Shown: positions 1 through 14,261 of the stretch, in pieces
Numbering within the stretch: position 1 is the first letter of the stretch
How the letters are laid out: each line of letters starts with the position of its first letter
Assembly: GCA_009914755.4 (NCBI GenBank)
Contig: CP086569.2
Coordinates: forward strand, 55,904,001-55,968,000
Direction: 5' to 3'
Source: the human T2T-CHM13v2.0 reference genome, Homo sapiens
Length of the DNA: 64,000 bases
Notes under the pieces: generated by a model
What the model was told of the DNA's origin: nothing
Seen by the model: the letters and a program-made list of their open reading frames with translations, nothing else
Database searches by the model: none
Position numbers and translations under genes: made by a program

Positions 1-43
1 ATCGAATGGAAAGGACTCGAATGGAAATCACTCGAATAGAATG

Positions 44-3000
44 CAATTTAATAAAATAGGATCAAATGTAATGGAATGGAATGGAAAGGAATCGAAACGA
101 AAGGAATGGAGACAGATGGAATGGAATGGAACAGAGAGCAATGGTATAGAATGGAATGGAATCATCTGGAATGGAATTGAATGGAATGGAATAATATGAA
201 ATGGAATGGAATGGAATGGAATGCCCTTGAATTAAATGGACTGGAATGGAATGGACTCGAACAGAGTGGAATGGAAAGTGTTGAGATAGAATGGAATGGA
301 CTCGTTTGGAATGGTCTAGTAGGCAATGCAATCGACTGGCAGGGAATCAAAAGGAATGTAATGGAATGGATTGGACTGGAATGCAATGGACTCGAATAGA
401 TTGGAAACGGAATGCAAAGGAATGGAATGGAATAGAATGGAATGGAATGGAAAGGAATGGAGTGGAATAGACTAGAGTGGAATGGAATGGACTGGAAAGC
501 AATAGACTGGAATGGAACTTTCTTGAATGGACTGGAATCAAACGGAATGGAATGCAATGCAATCAAATGGCATGGAATAAAATAGAATGAAAGAGAATCA
601 AATGGAATTGAATCGAATGGAATCGAATGGATTGGAAAGGAATAGAATGGTATGGAATGGAATTGACTCAAATGGAATGGACTAGAATGGAATGGATTCG
701 AATGGAAGGCAAAGGAATGGAATCTATTGGAATGGACTGTAATGGAATGGAATGGAAGGGATTGGAATGGACTCGAATGGAATGGACTGCAATAGAAAGG
801 ATTCGAATGGAATGAAAAAGAATTGAATGGAATAGAACAGAATGGAATCAAATCGAATGAAATGGAATGGAATAGAAAGGAATGGAATGAAATGGAATGG
901 AAAGGATTCGAATGGAATGCAATCGAATGGAATGGAATCGAACGGAATGGAATAAAATGGAAGAAAACTGGCAAGAAATGGAATCGAAATGAATGGAGTG
1001 TTATGGAACGGACTCAAAAGGAATTGAATGTAATAGAATGGAGTGGAGTGGACTCGAATATAATGGACTGGAATGGAATGAAATCACATGGAATGGGAAC
1101 GAATGGAATGGAATGGAAAGGAATGGAATCGAATGGAAAGGAATCGAATGGAAGGGAATGAAATTGAATCAACAGGAATGGAAGGGAATAGAATAGACGG
1201 TAATGGAATGGACTCGAATAGAATGGACACGAATGCTCAAATTGAATGGACTCGAATGGAATGGAAACGAAAGGAATGTCATCGAATGGAATTGAATCGA
1301 TTGGAATGAAATCGCATAGAATGGAGTGGAATCAAATGGAATTGAATCGAAAGGAAAGGAAGCGAATGGACTGAAATGAAATGGAATGGAATTGAATGGA
1401 AAGTAATGCAATGGAATAGAATGGAACGAAATTTCACGGAATGGAATCAAACTGAATGGAATCAAATCAATGGAATCAAATCAAATGGAATGGAAAGGAA
1501 TTGAATGGAGTAGATTGGATTGGATGGGATTGGAATGAAATGTACTGGAAAGGACTCGAATTTCATGAAACGGAATGGAATGAATTGGAACGGAATGGAC
1601 TCGAATGGAATGGAATGTCATGGAATGGCATCAAATGGAATGGCATCAAATGGAATGGAATCGAATGCAATGGAATGCTATGGAATGGAATGGAATGCAT
1701 TGGAATGGAATGTCCTCTAATGGAATGGATTCGAGTGGAATGGAATCGAATATAATGGAGTCGAATGAAATGGAATTGAAAAGAATGGGATCGAATACAA
1801 TGGAATATACTGGAATGTAATGTAATGAACTCGAATGTAATTGACTGGAATGGAATGTACATGAATGGAATGTAATCGAATGGAAAGTAATCCAATGGAA
1901 TAGAAACTAATGCAATAAAATCGACTCAAATAGAGTAGAATGTAATGGAATGGAGTGCAGTGCAATGGAATGGAATGGAATGGAATGCAATGGAATGGAA
2001 TGGAATGGAATGGAATGGGATGGAATGGTGTGGAATGGATAGTAATGGACTGGTGTGAAATGGACTGGAAAGGAATGGACTCAAATTGAAAGGGCTCGAA
2101 AGGAATGGAGTCAAATGGAATGGTCTGGAATGGAATGAACACGAATGTAATGCAATCCAATAGAATGGAATCGAATGGCATGGAATATAAAGAAATGGAA
2201 TCGAAGAGAATGGAAACAAATGGAATGGAATTGAATGGAATGGAATTGAATGGAATGGGAAGGAATGGAGTGAAATTGTATGCAGTAGAAGAGAATAGAA
2301 TGGAATGCAAGTGAAAGGAAAGGAATGGATTGGAATGGAATGGAATTCATTGGAATGGAAGGGAATGTAGTGTAATGGACAGGCCTGGAATAAAGTGGAA
2401 TGCTACGGTCTCGAATGGAATAAAAATGTATGGAATGGAATGCAATGAAACGGAATCGAATGTCATAGAATGTAATGGAATGCAACAAAATGGAATCCAA
2501 AATCATTGACTGGAAAGGCTGGGTGTCGAAAGGAATTGACTCCAATGGAATGGAATCGAATGGAATGGAAGTGAATAGAATCGAACTAAATCGAATGGAA
2601 AGGAATTGATAGGAACGGAATGGAAAGGAATGCAATGATTTGGCATGGAATGGAATCGAATGGCATCGAATGGAATGGAATGGAATGCAATGGAATGGAA
2701 TGTATTAGAATGTAATGAACTTTAATGGAATGTACTCGAATGGATTCGACTGGAATGGAATGTTCTGGAAGTGAATGGACTCCAATGGAATGGATTCAAA
2801 AGGAATGGAATCGTACGGAATGGAATCTAATGGAATGGAATTAAATGGAAATGAATCAAATTGAATAGCACGGAATTGAATTGAATGGAATGGAATGCAA
2901 TGGAATCTAATGAAACGGAAAGGAAAGGAATGGAATGGAATGGAATGGGCTGGAATGGAAAGGAATCGAAACGAATGGAATGGAATCGAACTGAAGAGAC

Positions 3001-3587
3001 TGGAATGGAATGCACTGGAATGGAAGGGAGTGTAATGGAAGGTTCTCGAAAAAAATGGAATCGAATGGAATGGAATTGAATGGAACGGAATAGAGTCGAA
3101 TGGAATTGAATGGAATGGAATGGACTAGAGTGAAATGGAATCGAACCACAAGGAATGGACAGGAATAGAATGGTCTCGAATTGAATGGAATCGTATGGAA
3201 TGGCATCAAACGGAATGGAATGGACAGCCACGGAATGGAATGCACTCGAATGCAATGGAGTCGAAACTAATGGACTGGAATAGAATGGACTCGACTGGTA
3301 CGGACTCCAATGGAATGGAATCGAATGGAAGGGAATCGAACGGAATGGACTCGAAGGGAAAAGACTGCAATGGAAAGGTCTCGAATGGAATGGAAATTAA
3401 TGGAATGGAATGGAATCGAATGAAATGGAGTCAAAAGGAATGGAATCGAATGGCAAGAAATCGAATGTAATGGAATCGCAAGGAATTGATGTGAACGGAA
3501 CGGAATGGAATGGAATCCAAAGGAATGGAATAGAATGGAATGGAATCGAATGGAAAGGACTCGAATGGAAATCACTCGAATAGAATG
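44..3587 (+). repeat. DYZ1-like HOR copy 1 (3544 bp; variant with the shorter (GGAAT) run before 'gcccttgaatt')
   Basis: Bounded by the 'atgcaatttaataaaatagg' anchor at 44 and at 3588. Confidence 0.8.
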
Positions 3588-6500
3588 CAATTTAATAAAA
3601 TAGGATCAAATGTAATGGAATGGAATGGAAAGGAATCGAAACGAAAGGAATGGAGACAGATGGAATGGAATGGAACAGAGAGCAATGGTATAGAATGGAA
3701 TGGAATCATCTGGAATGGAATTGAATGGAATGGAATAATATGAAATGGAATGGAATGGAATGGAATGCCCTTGAATTAAATGGACTGGAATGGAATGGAC
3801 TCGAACAGAGTGGAATGGAAAGTGTTGAGATAGAATGGAATGGACTCGTTTGGAATGGTCTAGTAGGCAATGCAATCGACTGGCAGGGAATCAAAAGGAA
3901 TGTAATGGAATGGATTGGACTGGAATGCAATGGACTCGAATAGATTGGAAACGGAATGCAAAGGAATGGAATGGAATAGTATGGAATGGAATGGAAAGGA
4001 ATGCAGTGGAATAGACTAGAGTGGAATGGAATGGACTGGAAAGCAATGGACTGGAATGGAACTTTCTTGAATGGACTGGAATCAAACGGAATGGAATGCA
4101 ATGCAATCAAATGGCATGGAATAAAATAGAATGAAAGAGAATCAAATGGAATTGAATCGAATGGAATCGAATGGATTGGAAAGGAATAGAATGGAATGGA
4201 ATGGAATTGACTCAAATGGAATGGACTAGAATGGAATGGATTCGAATGGAAGGCAAAGGAATGGAATCTATTGGAATGGACTGTAATGGAATGGAATGGA
4301 AGGGATTGGAATGGACTCGAATGGAATGGACTGCAATAGAAAGGATTCGAATGGAATGAAAAAGAATTGAATGGAATAGAACAGAATGGAATCAAATCGA
4401 ATGAAATGGAATGGAATAGAAAGGAATGGAATGAAATGGAATGGAAAGGATTCGAATGGAATGCAATCGAATGGAATGGAATCGAACGGAATGGAATAAA
4501 ATGGAAGAAAACTGGCAAGAAATGGAATCGAAATGAATGGAGTGTTATGGAACGGACTCAAAAGGAATTGAATGTAATAGAATGGAGTGGAGTGGACTCG
4601 AATATAATGGACTGGAATGGAATGAAATCACATGGAATGGGAACGAATGGAATGGAATGGAAAGGAATGGAATCGAATGGAAAGGAATCGAATGGAAGGG
4701 AATGAAATTGAATCAACAGGAATGGAAGGGAATAGAATAGACGGTAATGGAATGGACTCGAATAGAATGGACACGAATGCTCAAATTGAATGGACTCGAA
4801 TGGAATGGAAACGAAAGGAATGTCATCGAATGGAATTGAATCGATTGGAATGAAATCGCATAGAATGGAGTGGAATCAAATGGAATTGAATCGAAAGGAA
4901 AGGAAGCGAATGGACTGAAATGAAATGGAATGGAATTGAATGGAAAGTAATGCAATGGAATAGAATGGAACGAAATTTCACGGAATAAAATCAAACTGAA
5001 TGGAATCAAACCAATGGAATCAAATCAAATGGAATGGAAAGGAATTGAATGGAGTAGATTGGATTGGATGGGATTGGAATGAAATGTACTGGAAAGGACT
5101 CGAATTTCATGAAACGGAATGGAATGAATTGGAACGGAACGGACTCGAATGGAATGGAATGTCATGGAATGGCATCAAATGGAATGGCATCAAATGGAAT
5201 GGAATCGAATGCAATGGAATGCTATGGAATGGAATGGAATGCATTTTAATGGAATGTCCTCTAATGGAATGGATTCGAGTGGAATGGAATCGAATATAAT
5301 GGAGTCGAATGAAATGGAATTGAAAGGAATGGGATCGAATACAATGGAATATACTGGAATGTAATGTAATGAACTCGAATGTAATTGACTGGAATGGAAT
5401 GTACATGAATGGAATGTAATCGAATGGAAAGTAATCCAATGGAATAGAATCTAATGCAATAAAATCGACTCAGATAGAGTAGAATGTAATGGAATGGAGT
5501 GCAGTGCAATGGAATGGAATGGAATGGAATGCAATGGAATGGAATGGAATGGAATGGAATGGAATGGAATGGAATGGTGTGGAATGGATAGTAATGGACT
5601 GGAGTGAAATGGACTGGAAAGGAATGGACTCAAATTGAATGGGCTCGAAAGGAATGGAGTCAAATGGAATGGTCTGGAATGGAATGAACACGAATGTAAT
5701 GCAATCCAATAGAATGGAATCGAATGGCATGGAATATAAAGAAATGGAATCGAAGAGAATGGAAACAAATGGAATGGAATTGAGTGGAATGGAATTGAAT
5801 GGAATGGGAACCAATGGAGTGAAATTGTATGCAGTAGAAGAGAATAGAATGGAATGCAAGCGAAAGGAAAGGAATGGATTGGAATGGAATGGAATTCATT
5901 GGAATGGAAGGGAATGTAGTGTAATGGACAGGCCTGGAATAAAGTGGAATGCTACGGTCTCGAATGGAATAAAAATGTATGGAATGGAATGCAATGAAAG
6001 GGAATCGAATGTCATAGAATGTAATGGAATGCAACAAAATGGAATCCAAAATCATTGACTGGAAAGGCTGGGTGTCGAAAGGAATTGACTCCAATGGAAT
6101 GGAATCGAATGGAATGGAAGTGAATAGAATCGAACTAAATCGAATGGAATGGAATTGATAGGAACGGAATGGAAAGGAATGCAATGATTTGGCATGGAAT
6201 GGAATCGAATGGCATCGAATGGAATGGAATGGAATGCAATGGAATGGAATGTATTAGAATGTAATGAACTTTAATGGAATGTACTCGAATGGATTCGACT
6301 GGAATGGAATGTTCTGGAAGTGAATGGACTCCAATGGAATGGATTCAAAAGGAATGGAATCGTACGGAATGGAATCTAATGGAATGGAATTAAATGGAAA
6401 TGAATCAAATTGAATAGCACGGAATTGAATTGAATGGAATGGAATGCAATGGAATCTAATGAAACGGAAAGGAAAGGAATGGAATGGAATGGAATGGGCT

Positions 6501-7133
6501 GGAATGGAAAGGAATCGAAACGAATGGAATGGAATCGAACTGAAGAGACTGGAATGGAATGCACTGGAATGGAAGGGAGTGTAATGGAAGGTTCTCGAAA
6601 AAAATGGAATCGAATGGAATGGAATTGAATGGAACGGAATAGAGTCGAATGGAATTGAATGGAATGGAATGGACTAGAGTGAAATGGAATCGAACCACAA
6701 GGAATGGACAGGAATAGAATGGTCTCGAATTGAATGGAATCGTATGGAATGGCATCAAACGGAATGGAATGGACAGCCACGGAATGGAATGCACTCGAAT
6801 GCAATGGAGTCGAAACTAATGGACTGGAATAGAATGGACTCGACTGGTACGGACTCCAATGGAATGGAATCGAATGGAAGGGAATCGAACGGAATGGACT
6901 CGAAGGGAAAAGACTGCAATGGAAAGGTCTCGAATGGAATGGAAATTAATGGAATGGAATGGAATCGAATGAAATGGAGTCAAAAGGAATGGAATCGCAT
7001 GGCAAGAAATCGAATGTAATGGAATCGCAAGGAATTGATGTGAACGGAACGGAATGGAATGGAATCCAAAGGAATGGAATAGAATGGAATGGAATCGAAT
7101 GGAAAGGACTCGAATGGAAATCACTCGAATAGA
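3588..7133 (+). repeat. DYZ1-like HOR copy 2 (3546 bp)
   Basis: Anchor motif at 3588 and 7134. Confidence 0.8.
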
Positions 7134-10100
7134 ATGCAATTTAATAAAATAGGATCAAATGTAATGGAATGGAATGGAAAGGAATCGAAACGAAAGGAAT
7201 GGAGACAGATGGAATGGAATGGAACAGAGAGCAATGGTATAGAATGGAATGGAATCATCTGGAATGGAATTGAATGGAATGGAATAATATGAAATGGAAT
7301 GGAATGGAATGGAATGGAATGCCCTTGAATTAAATGGACTGTAATGGAATGGACTCGAACAGAGTGGAATGGAAAGTGTTGAGATAGAATGGAATGGACT
7401 CGTTTGGAATGGTCTAGTATGCAATGCAATCGACTGGCAGGGAATCAAAAGGAGTGTAATGGAATGGATTGGACTGGAATGCAATGGACTCGAATAGATT
7501 GGAAACGGAATGCAAAGGAATGGAATGGAATAGTATGGAATGGAATGGAAAGGAATGGAGTGGAATAGACTAGAGTGGAATGGAATGGACTGGAAAGCAA
7601 TAGACTGGAATGGAACTTTCTTGAATGGACTGGAATCAAACGGAATGGAATGCAATGCAATCAAATGGCATGGAATAAAATAGAATGAAAGAGAATCAAA
7701 TGGAATTGAATCGAATGGAATCGAATGGATTGGAAAGGAATAGAATGGAATGGAATGGAATTGACTCAAATGGAATGGACTAGAATGGAATGGATTCGAA
7801 TGGAAGGCAAAGGAATGGAATCTATTGGAATGGACTGTAATGGAATGGAATGGAAGGGATTGGAATGGACTCGAATGGAATGGACTGCAATAGAAAGGAT
7901 TCGAATGGAATGAAAAAGAATTGAATGGAATAGAACAGAATGGAATCAAATCGAATGAAATGGAGTGGAATAGAAAGGAATGGAATGAAATGGAATGGAA
8001 AGGATTCGAATGGAATGCAATCGAATGGAATGGAATCGAACGGAATGGAATAAAATGGAAGAAAACTGGCAAGAAATGGAATCGAAATGAATGGAGTGTT
8101 ATGGAACGGACTCAAAAGGAATTGAATGTAATAGAATGGAGTGGAGTGGACTCGAATATAATGGACTGGAATGGAATGAAATCACATGGAATGGGAACGA
8201 ATGGAATGGAATGGAAAGGAATGGAATCGAATGGAAAGGAATCGAATGGAAGGGAATGAAATTGAATCAACAGGAATGGAAGGGAATAGAATAGACGGTA
8301 ATGGAATGGACTCGAATAGAATGGACACGAATGCTCAAATTGAATGGACTCGAATGGAATGGAAACGAAAGGAATGTCATCGAATGGAATTGAATCGATT
8401 GGAATGAAATCGCATAGAATGGAGTGGAATCAAATGGAATTGAATCGAAAGGAAAGGAAGCGAATGGACTGAAATGAAATGGAATGGAATTGAATGGAAA
8501 GTAATGCAATGGAATAGAATGGAACGAAATTTCACGGAATGGAATCAAACTGAATGGAATCAAATCAATGGAATCAAATCAAATGGAATGGAAAGGAATT
8601 GAATGGAGTAGATTGGATTGGATGGGATTGGAATGAAATGTACTGGAAAGGACTCGAATTTCATGAAACGGAATGGAATGAATTGGAACGGAATGGACTC
8701 GAATGGAATGGAATGTCATGGAATGGCATCAAATGGAATGGCATCAAATGGAATGGAATCGAATGCAATGGAATGCTATGGAATGGAATGGAATGCATTG
8801 GAATGGAATGTCCTCTAATGGAATGGATTCGAGTGGAATGGAATCGAATATAATGGAGTCGAATGAAATGGAATTGAAAAGAATGGGATCGAATACAATG
8901 GAATATACTGGAATGTAATGTAATGAACTCGAATGTAATTGACTGGAATGGAATGTACATGAATGGAATGTAATCGAATGGAAAGTAATCCAATGGAATA
9001 GAAACTAATGCAATAAAATCGACTCAAATAGAGTAGAATGTAATGGAATGGAGTGCAGTGCAATGGAATGGAATGGAATGGAATGCAATGGAATGGAATG
9101 GAATGTTATGGAATGGAATGGAATGGATTGGAATGGGATGGAATGGTATGGAATGGATAGTAATGGACTGGAGTGAAATGGACTGGAAAGGAATGGACTC
9201 AAATTGAAAGGGCTCGAAAGGAATGGAGTCAAATGGAATAGTCTGGAATGGAATGAACACGAATGTAATGCAATCCAATAGAATGTAATCGAATGGCATG
9301 GAATATAAAGAAATGGAATCGAAGAGAATGGAAACAAATGGAATGGAATTGAATGGAATGGAATTGAATGGAATGGGAACGAATGGAGTGAAATTGTATG
9401 CAGTAGAAGAGAATAGAATGGAATGCAAGCGAAAGGAAAGGAATGGATTGGAATGGAATGGAATTCATTGGAGTGGAAGGGAATGTAGTGTAATGGACAG
9501 GCCTGGAATAAAGTGGAATGCTACGGTCTCGAATGGAATAAAAATGTATGGAATGGAATGCAATGAAAGGGAATCGAATGTCATAGAATGTAATGGAATG
9601 CAAAAAAATGGAATCCAAAATCATTGACTGGAAAGGCTGGGTGTCGAAAGGAATTGACTCCAATGGAATGGAATCGAATGGAATGGAAGTGAATAGAATC
9701 GAACTAAATCGAATGGAATGGAATTGATAGGAACGGAATGGAGAGGAATGCAATGATTTGGCATGGAATGCAATCGAATGGCATCGAATGGAATGGAATG
9801 GAATGCAATGGAATGGAATGTATTAGAATGTAATGAACTTTAATGGAATGTACTCGAATGGATTCGACTGGAATGGAATGTTCTGGAAGTGAATGGACTC
9901 CAATGGAATGGATTCAAAAGGAATGGAATCGTACGGAATGGAATCTAATGGAATGGAATTAAATGGAAATGAATCAAATTGAATAGCACGGAATTGAATT
10001 GAATGGAATGGAATGCAATGGAATCTAATGAAACGGAAAGGAAAGGAATGGAATGGAATGGAATGGGCTGGAATGGAAAGGAATCGAAACGAATGGAATG

Positions 10101-10702
10101 GAATCGAACTGAAGAGACTGGAATGGAATGCACTGGAATGGAAGGGAGTGTAATGGAAGGTTCTCGAAAAAAATGGAATCGAATGGAATGGAATTGAATG
10201 GAACGGAATAGAGTCGAATGGAATTGAATGGAATGGAATGGACTAGAGTGAAATGGAATCGAACCACAAGGAATGGACAGGAATAGAATGGTCTCGAATT
10301 GAATGGAATCGTATGGAATGGCATCAAACGGAATGGAATGGACAGCCACGGAATGGAATGCACTCGAATGCAATGGAGTCGAAACTAATGGACTGGAATA
10401 GAATGGACTCGACTGGTACGGACTCCAATGGAATGGAATCGAATGGAAGGGAATCGAACGGAATGGACTCGAAGGGAAAAGACTGCAATGGAAAGGTCTC
10501 GAATGGAATGGAAATTAATGGAATGGAATGGAATCGAATGAAATGGAGTCAAAAGGAATGGAATCGAATGGCAAGAAATCGAATGTAATGGAATCGCAAG
10601 GAATTGATGTGAACGGAACGGAATGGAATGGAATCCAAAGGAATGGAATAGAATGGAATGGAATCGAATGGAAAGGACTCGAATGGAAATCACTCGAATA
10701 GA
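7134..10702 (+). repeat. DYZ1-like HOR copy 3 (3569 bp; one extra GGAAT before 'gcccttgaatt'; 'ctgtaatgg' SNP)
   Basis: Anchor motif at 7134 and 10703. Confidence 0.8.
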
Positions 10703-13700
10703 ATGCAATTTAATAAAATAGGATCAAATGTAATGGAATGGAATGGAAAGGAATCGAAACGAAAGGAATGGAGACAGATGGAATGGAATGGAACAGAGAG
10801 CAATGGTATAGAATGGAATGGAATCATCTGGAATGGAATTGAATGGAATGGAATAATATGAAATGGAATGGAATGGAATGCCCTTGAATTAAATGGACTG
10901 TAATGGAATGGACTCGAACAGAGTGGAATGGAAAGTGTTGAGATAGAATGGAATGGACTCGTTTGGAATGGTCTAGTATGCAATGCAATCGACTGGCAGG
11001 GAATCAAAAGGAATGTAATGGAATGGATTGGACTGGAATGCAATGGACTCGAATAGATTGGAAACGGAATGCAAAGGAATGGAATGGAATAGTATGGAAT
11101 GGAATGGAAAGGAATGGAGTGGAATAGACTAGAGTGGAATGGAATGGACTGGAAAGCAATAGACTGGAATGGAACTTTCTTGAATGGACTGGAATCAAAC
11201 GGAATGGAATGCAATGCAATCAAATGGCATGGAATAAAATAGAATGAAAGAGAATCAAATGGAATTGAATCGAATGGAATCGAATGGATTGGAAAGGAAT
11301 AGAATGGAATGGAATGGAATTGACTCAAATGGAATGGACTAGAATGGAATGGATTCGAATGGAAGGCAAAGGAATGGAATCTATTGGAATGGACTGTAAT
11401 GGAATGGAATGGAAGGGATTGGAATGGACTCGAATGGAATGGACTGCAATAGAAAGGATTCGAATGGAATGAAAAAGAATTGAATGGAATAGAACAGAAT
11501 GGAATCAAATCGAATGAAATGGAGTGGAATAGAAAGGAATGGAATGAAATGGAATGGAAAGGATTCGAATGGAATGCAATCGAATGGAATGGAATCGAAC
11601 GGAATGGAATAAAATGGAAGAAAACTGGCAAGAAATGGAATCGAAATGAATGGAGTGTTATGGAACGGACTCAAAAGGAATTGAATGTAATAGAATGGAG
11701 TGGAGTGGACTCGAATATAATGGACTGGAATGGAATGAAATCACATGGAATGGGAACGAATGGAATGGAATGGAAAGGAATGGAATCGAATGGAAAGGAA
11801 TCGAATGGAAGGGAATGAAATTGAATCAACAGGAATGGAAGGGAATAGAATAGACGGTAATGGAATGGACTCGAATAGAATGGACACGAATGCTCAAATT
11901 GAATGGACTCGAATGGAATGGAAACGAAAGGAATGTCATCGAATGGAATTGAATCGATTGGAATGAAATCGCATAGAATGGAGTGGAATCAAATGGAATT
12001 GAATCGAAAGGAAAGGAAGCGAATGGACTGAAATGAAATGGAATGGAATTGAATGGAAAGTAATGCAATGGAATAGAATGGAACGAAATTTCACGGAATG
12101 GAATCAAACTGAATGGAATCAAATCAATGGAATCAAATCAAATGGAATGGAAAGGAATTGAATGGAGTAGATTGGATTGGATGGGATTGGAATGAAATGT
12201 ACTGGAAAGGACTCGAATTTCATGAAACGTAATGGAATGAATTGGAACGGAATGGACTCGAATGGAATGGAATGTCATGGAATGGCATCAAATGGAATGG
12301 CATCAAATGGAATGGAATCGAATGCAATGGAATGCTATGGAATGGAATGGAATGCATTGGAATGGAATGTCCTCTAATGGAATGGATTCGAGTGGAATGG
12401 AATCGAATATAATGGAGTCGAATGAAATGGAATTGAAAAGAATGGGATCGAATACAATGGAATATACTGGAATGTAATGTAATGAACTCGAATGTAATTG
12501 ACTGGAATGGAATGTACATGAATGGAATGTAATCGAATGGAAAGTAATCCAATGGAATAGAAACTAATGCAATAAAATCGACTCAAATAGAGTAGAATGT
12601 AATGGAATGGAGTGCAGTGCAATGGAATGGAATGGAATGGAATGCAATGGAATGGAATGGAATGTTATGGAATGGAATGGAATGGATTGGAATGGGATGG
12701 AATGGTATGGAATGGATAGTAATGGACTGGAGTGAAATGGACTGGAAAGGAATGGACTCAAATTGAAAGGGCTCGAAAGGAATGGAGTCAAATGGAATAG
12801 TCTGGAATGGAATGAACACGAATGTAATGCAATCCAATAGAATGTAATCGAATGGCATGGAATATAAAGAAATGGAATCGAAGAGAATGGAAACAAATGG
12901 AATGGAATTGAATGGAATGGAATTGAATGGAATGGGAACGAATGGAGTGAAATTGTATGCAGTAGAAGAGAATAGAATGGAATGCAAGCGAAAGGAAAGG
13001 AATGGATTGGAATGGAATGGAATTCATTGGAATGGAAGGGAATGTAGTGTAATGGACAGGCCTGGAATAAAGTGGAATGCTACGGTCTCGAATGGAATAA
13101 AAATGTATGGAATGGAATGCAATGAAAGGGAATCGAATGTCATAGAATGTAATGGAATGCAAAAAAATGGAATCCAAAATCATTGACTGGAAAGGCTGGG
13201 TGTCGAAAGGAATTGACTCCAATGGAATGGAATCGAATGGAATGGAAGTGAATAGAATCGAACTAAATCGAATGGAATGGAATTGATAGGAACGGAATGG
13301 AGAGGAATGCAATGATTTGGCATGGAATGCAATCGAATGGCATCGAATGGAATGGAATGGAATGCAATGGAATGGAATGTATTAGAATGTAATGAACTTT
13401 AATGGAATGTACTCGAATGGATTCGACTGGAATGGAATGTTCTGGAAGTGAATGGACTCCAATGGAATGGATTCAAAAGGAATGGAATCGTACGGAATGG
13501 AATCTAATGGAATGGAATTAAATGGAAATGAATCAAATTGAATAGCACGGAATTGAATTGAATGGAATGGAATGCAATGGAATCTAATGAAACGGAAAGG
13601 AAAGGAATGGAATGGAATGGAATGGGCTGGAATGGAAAGGAATCGAAACGAATGGAATGGAATCGAACTGAAGAGACTGGAATGGAATGCACTGGAATGG

Positions 13701-14261
13701 AAGGGAGTGTAATGGAAGGTTCTCGAAAAAAATGGAATCGAATGGAATGGAATTGAATGGAACGGAATAGAGTCGAATGGAATTGAATGGAATGGAATGG
13801 ACTAGAGTGAAATGGAATCGAACCACAAGGAATGGACAGGAATAGAATGGTCTCGAATTGAATGGAATCGTATGGAATGGCATCAAACGGAATGGAATGG
13901 ACAGCCACGGAATGGAATGCACTCGAATGCAATGGAGTCGAAACTAATGGACTGGAATAGAATGGACTCGACTGGTACGGACTCCAATGGAATGGAATCG
14001 AATGGAAGGGAATCGAACGGAATGGACTCGAAGGGAAAAGACTGCAATGGAAAGGTCTCGAATGGAATGGAAATTAATGGAATGGAATGGAATCGAATGA
14101 AATGGAGTCAAAAGGAATGGAATCGAATGGCAAGAAATCGAATGTAATGGAATCGCAAGGAATTGATGTGAACGGAACGGAATGGAATGGAATCCAAAGG
14201 AATGGAATAGAATGGAATGGAATCGAATGGAAAGGACTCGAATGGAAATCACTCGAATAGA
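10703..14261 (+). repeat. DYZ1-like HOR copy 4 (3559 bp)
   Basis: Anchor motif at 10703 and 14262. Confidence 0.8.

Noticed and set aside
1-43. First 43 bp as a separate feature
   Set aside because: It is the tail of an upstream HOR copy cut by the window edge (same sequence as 3544-3587).
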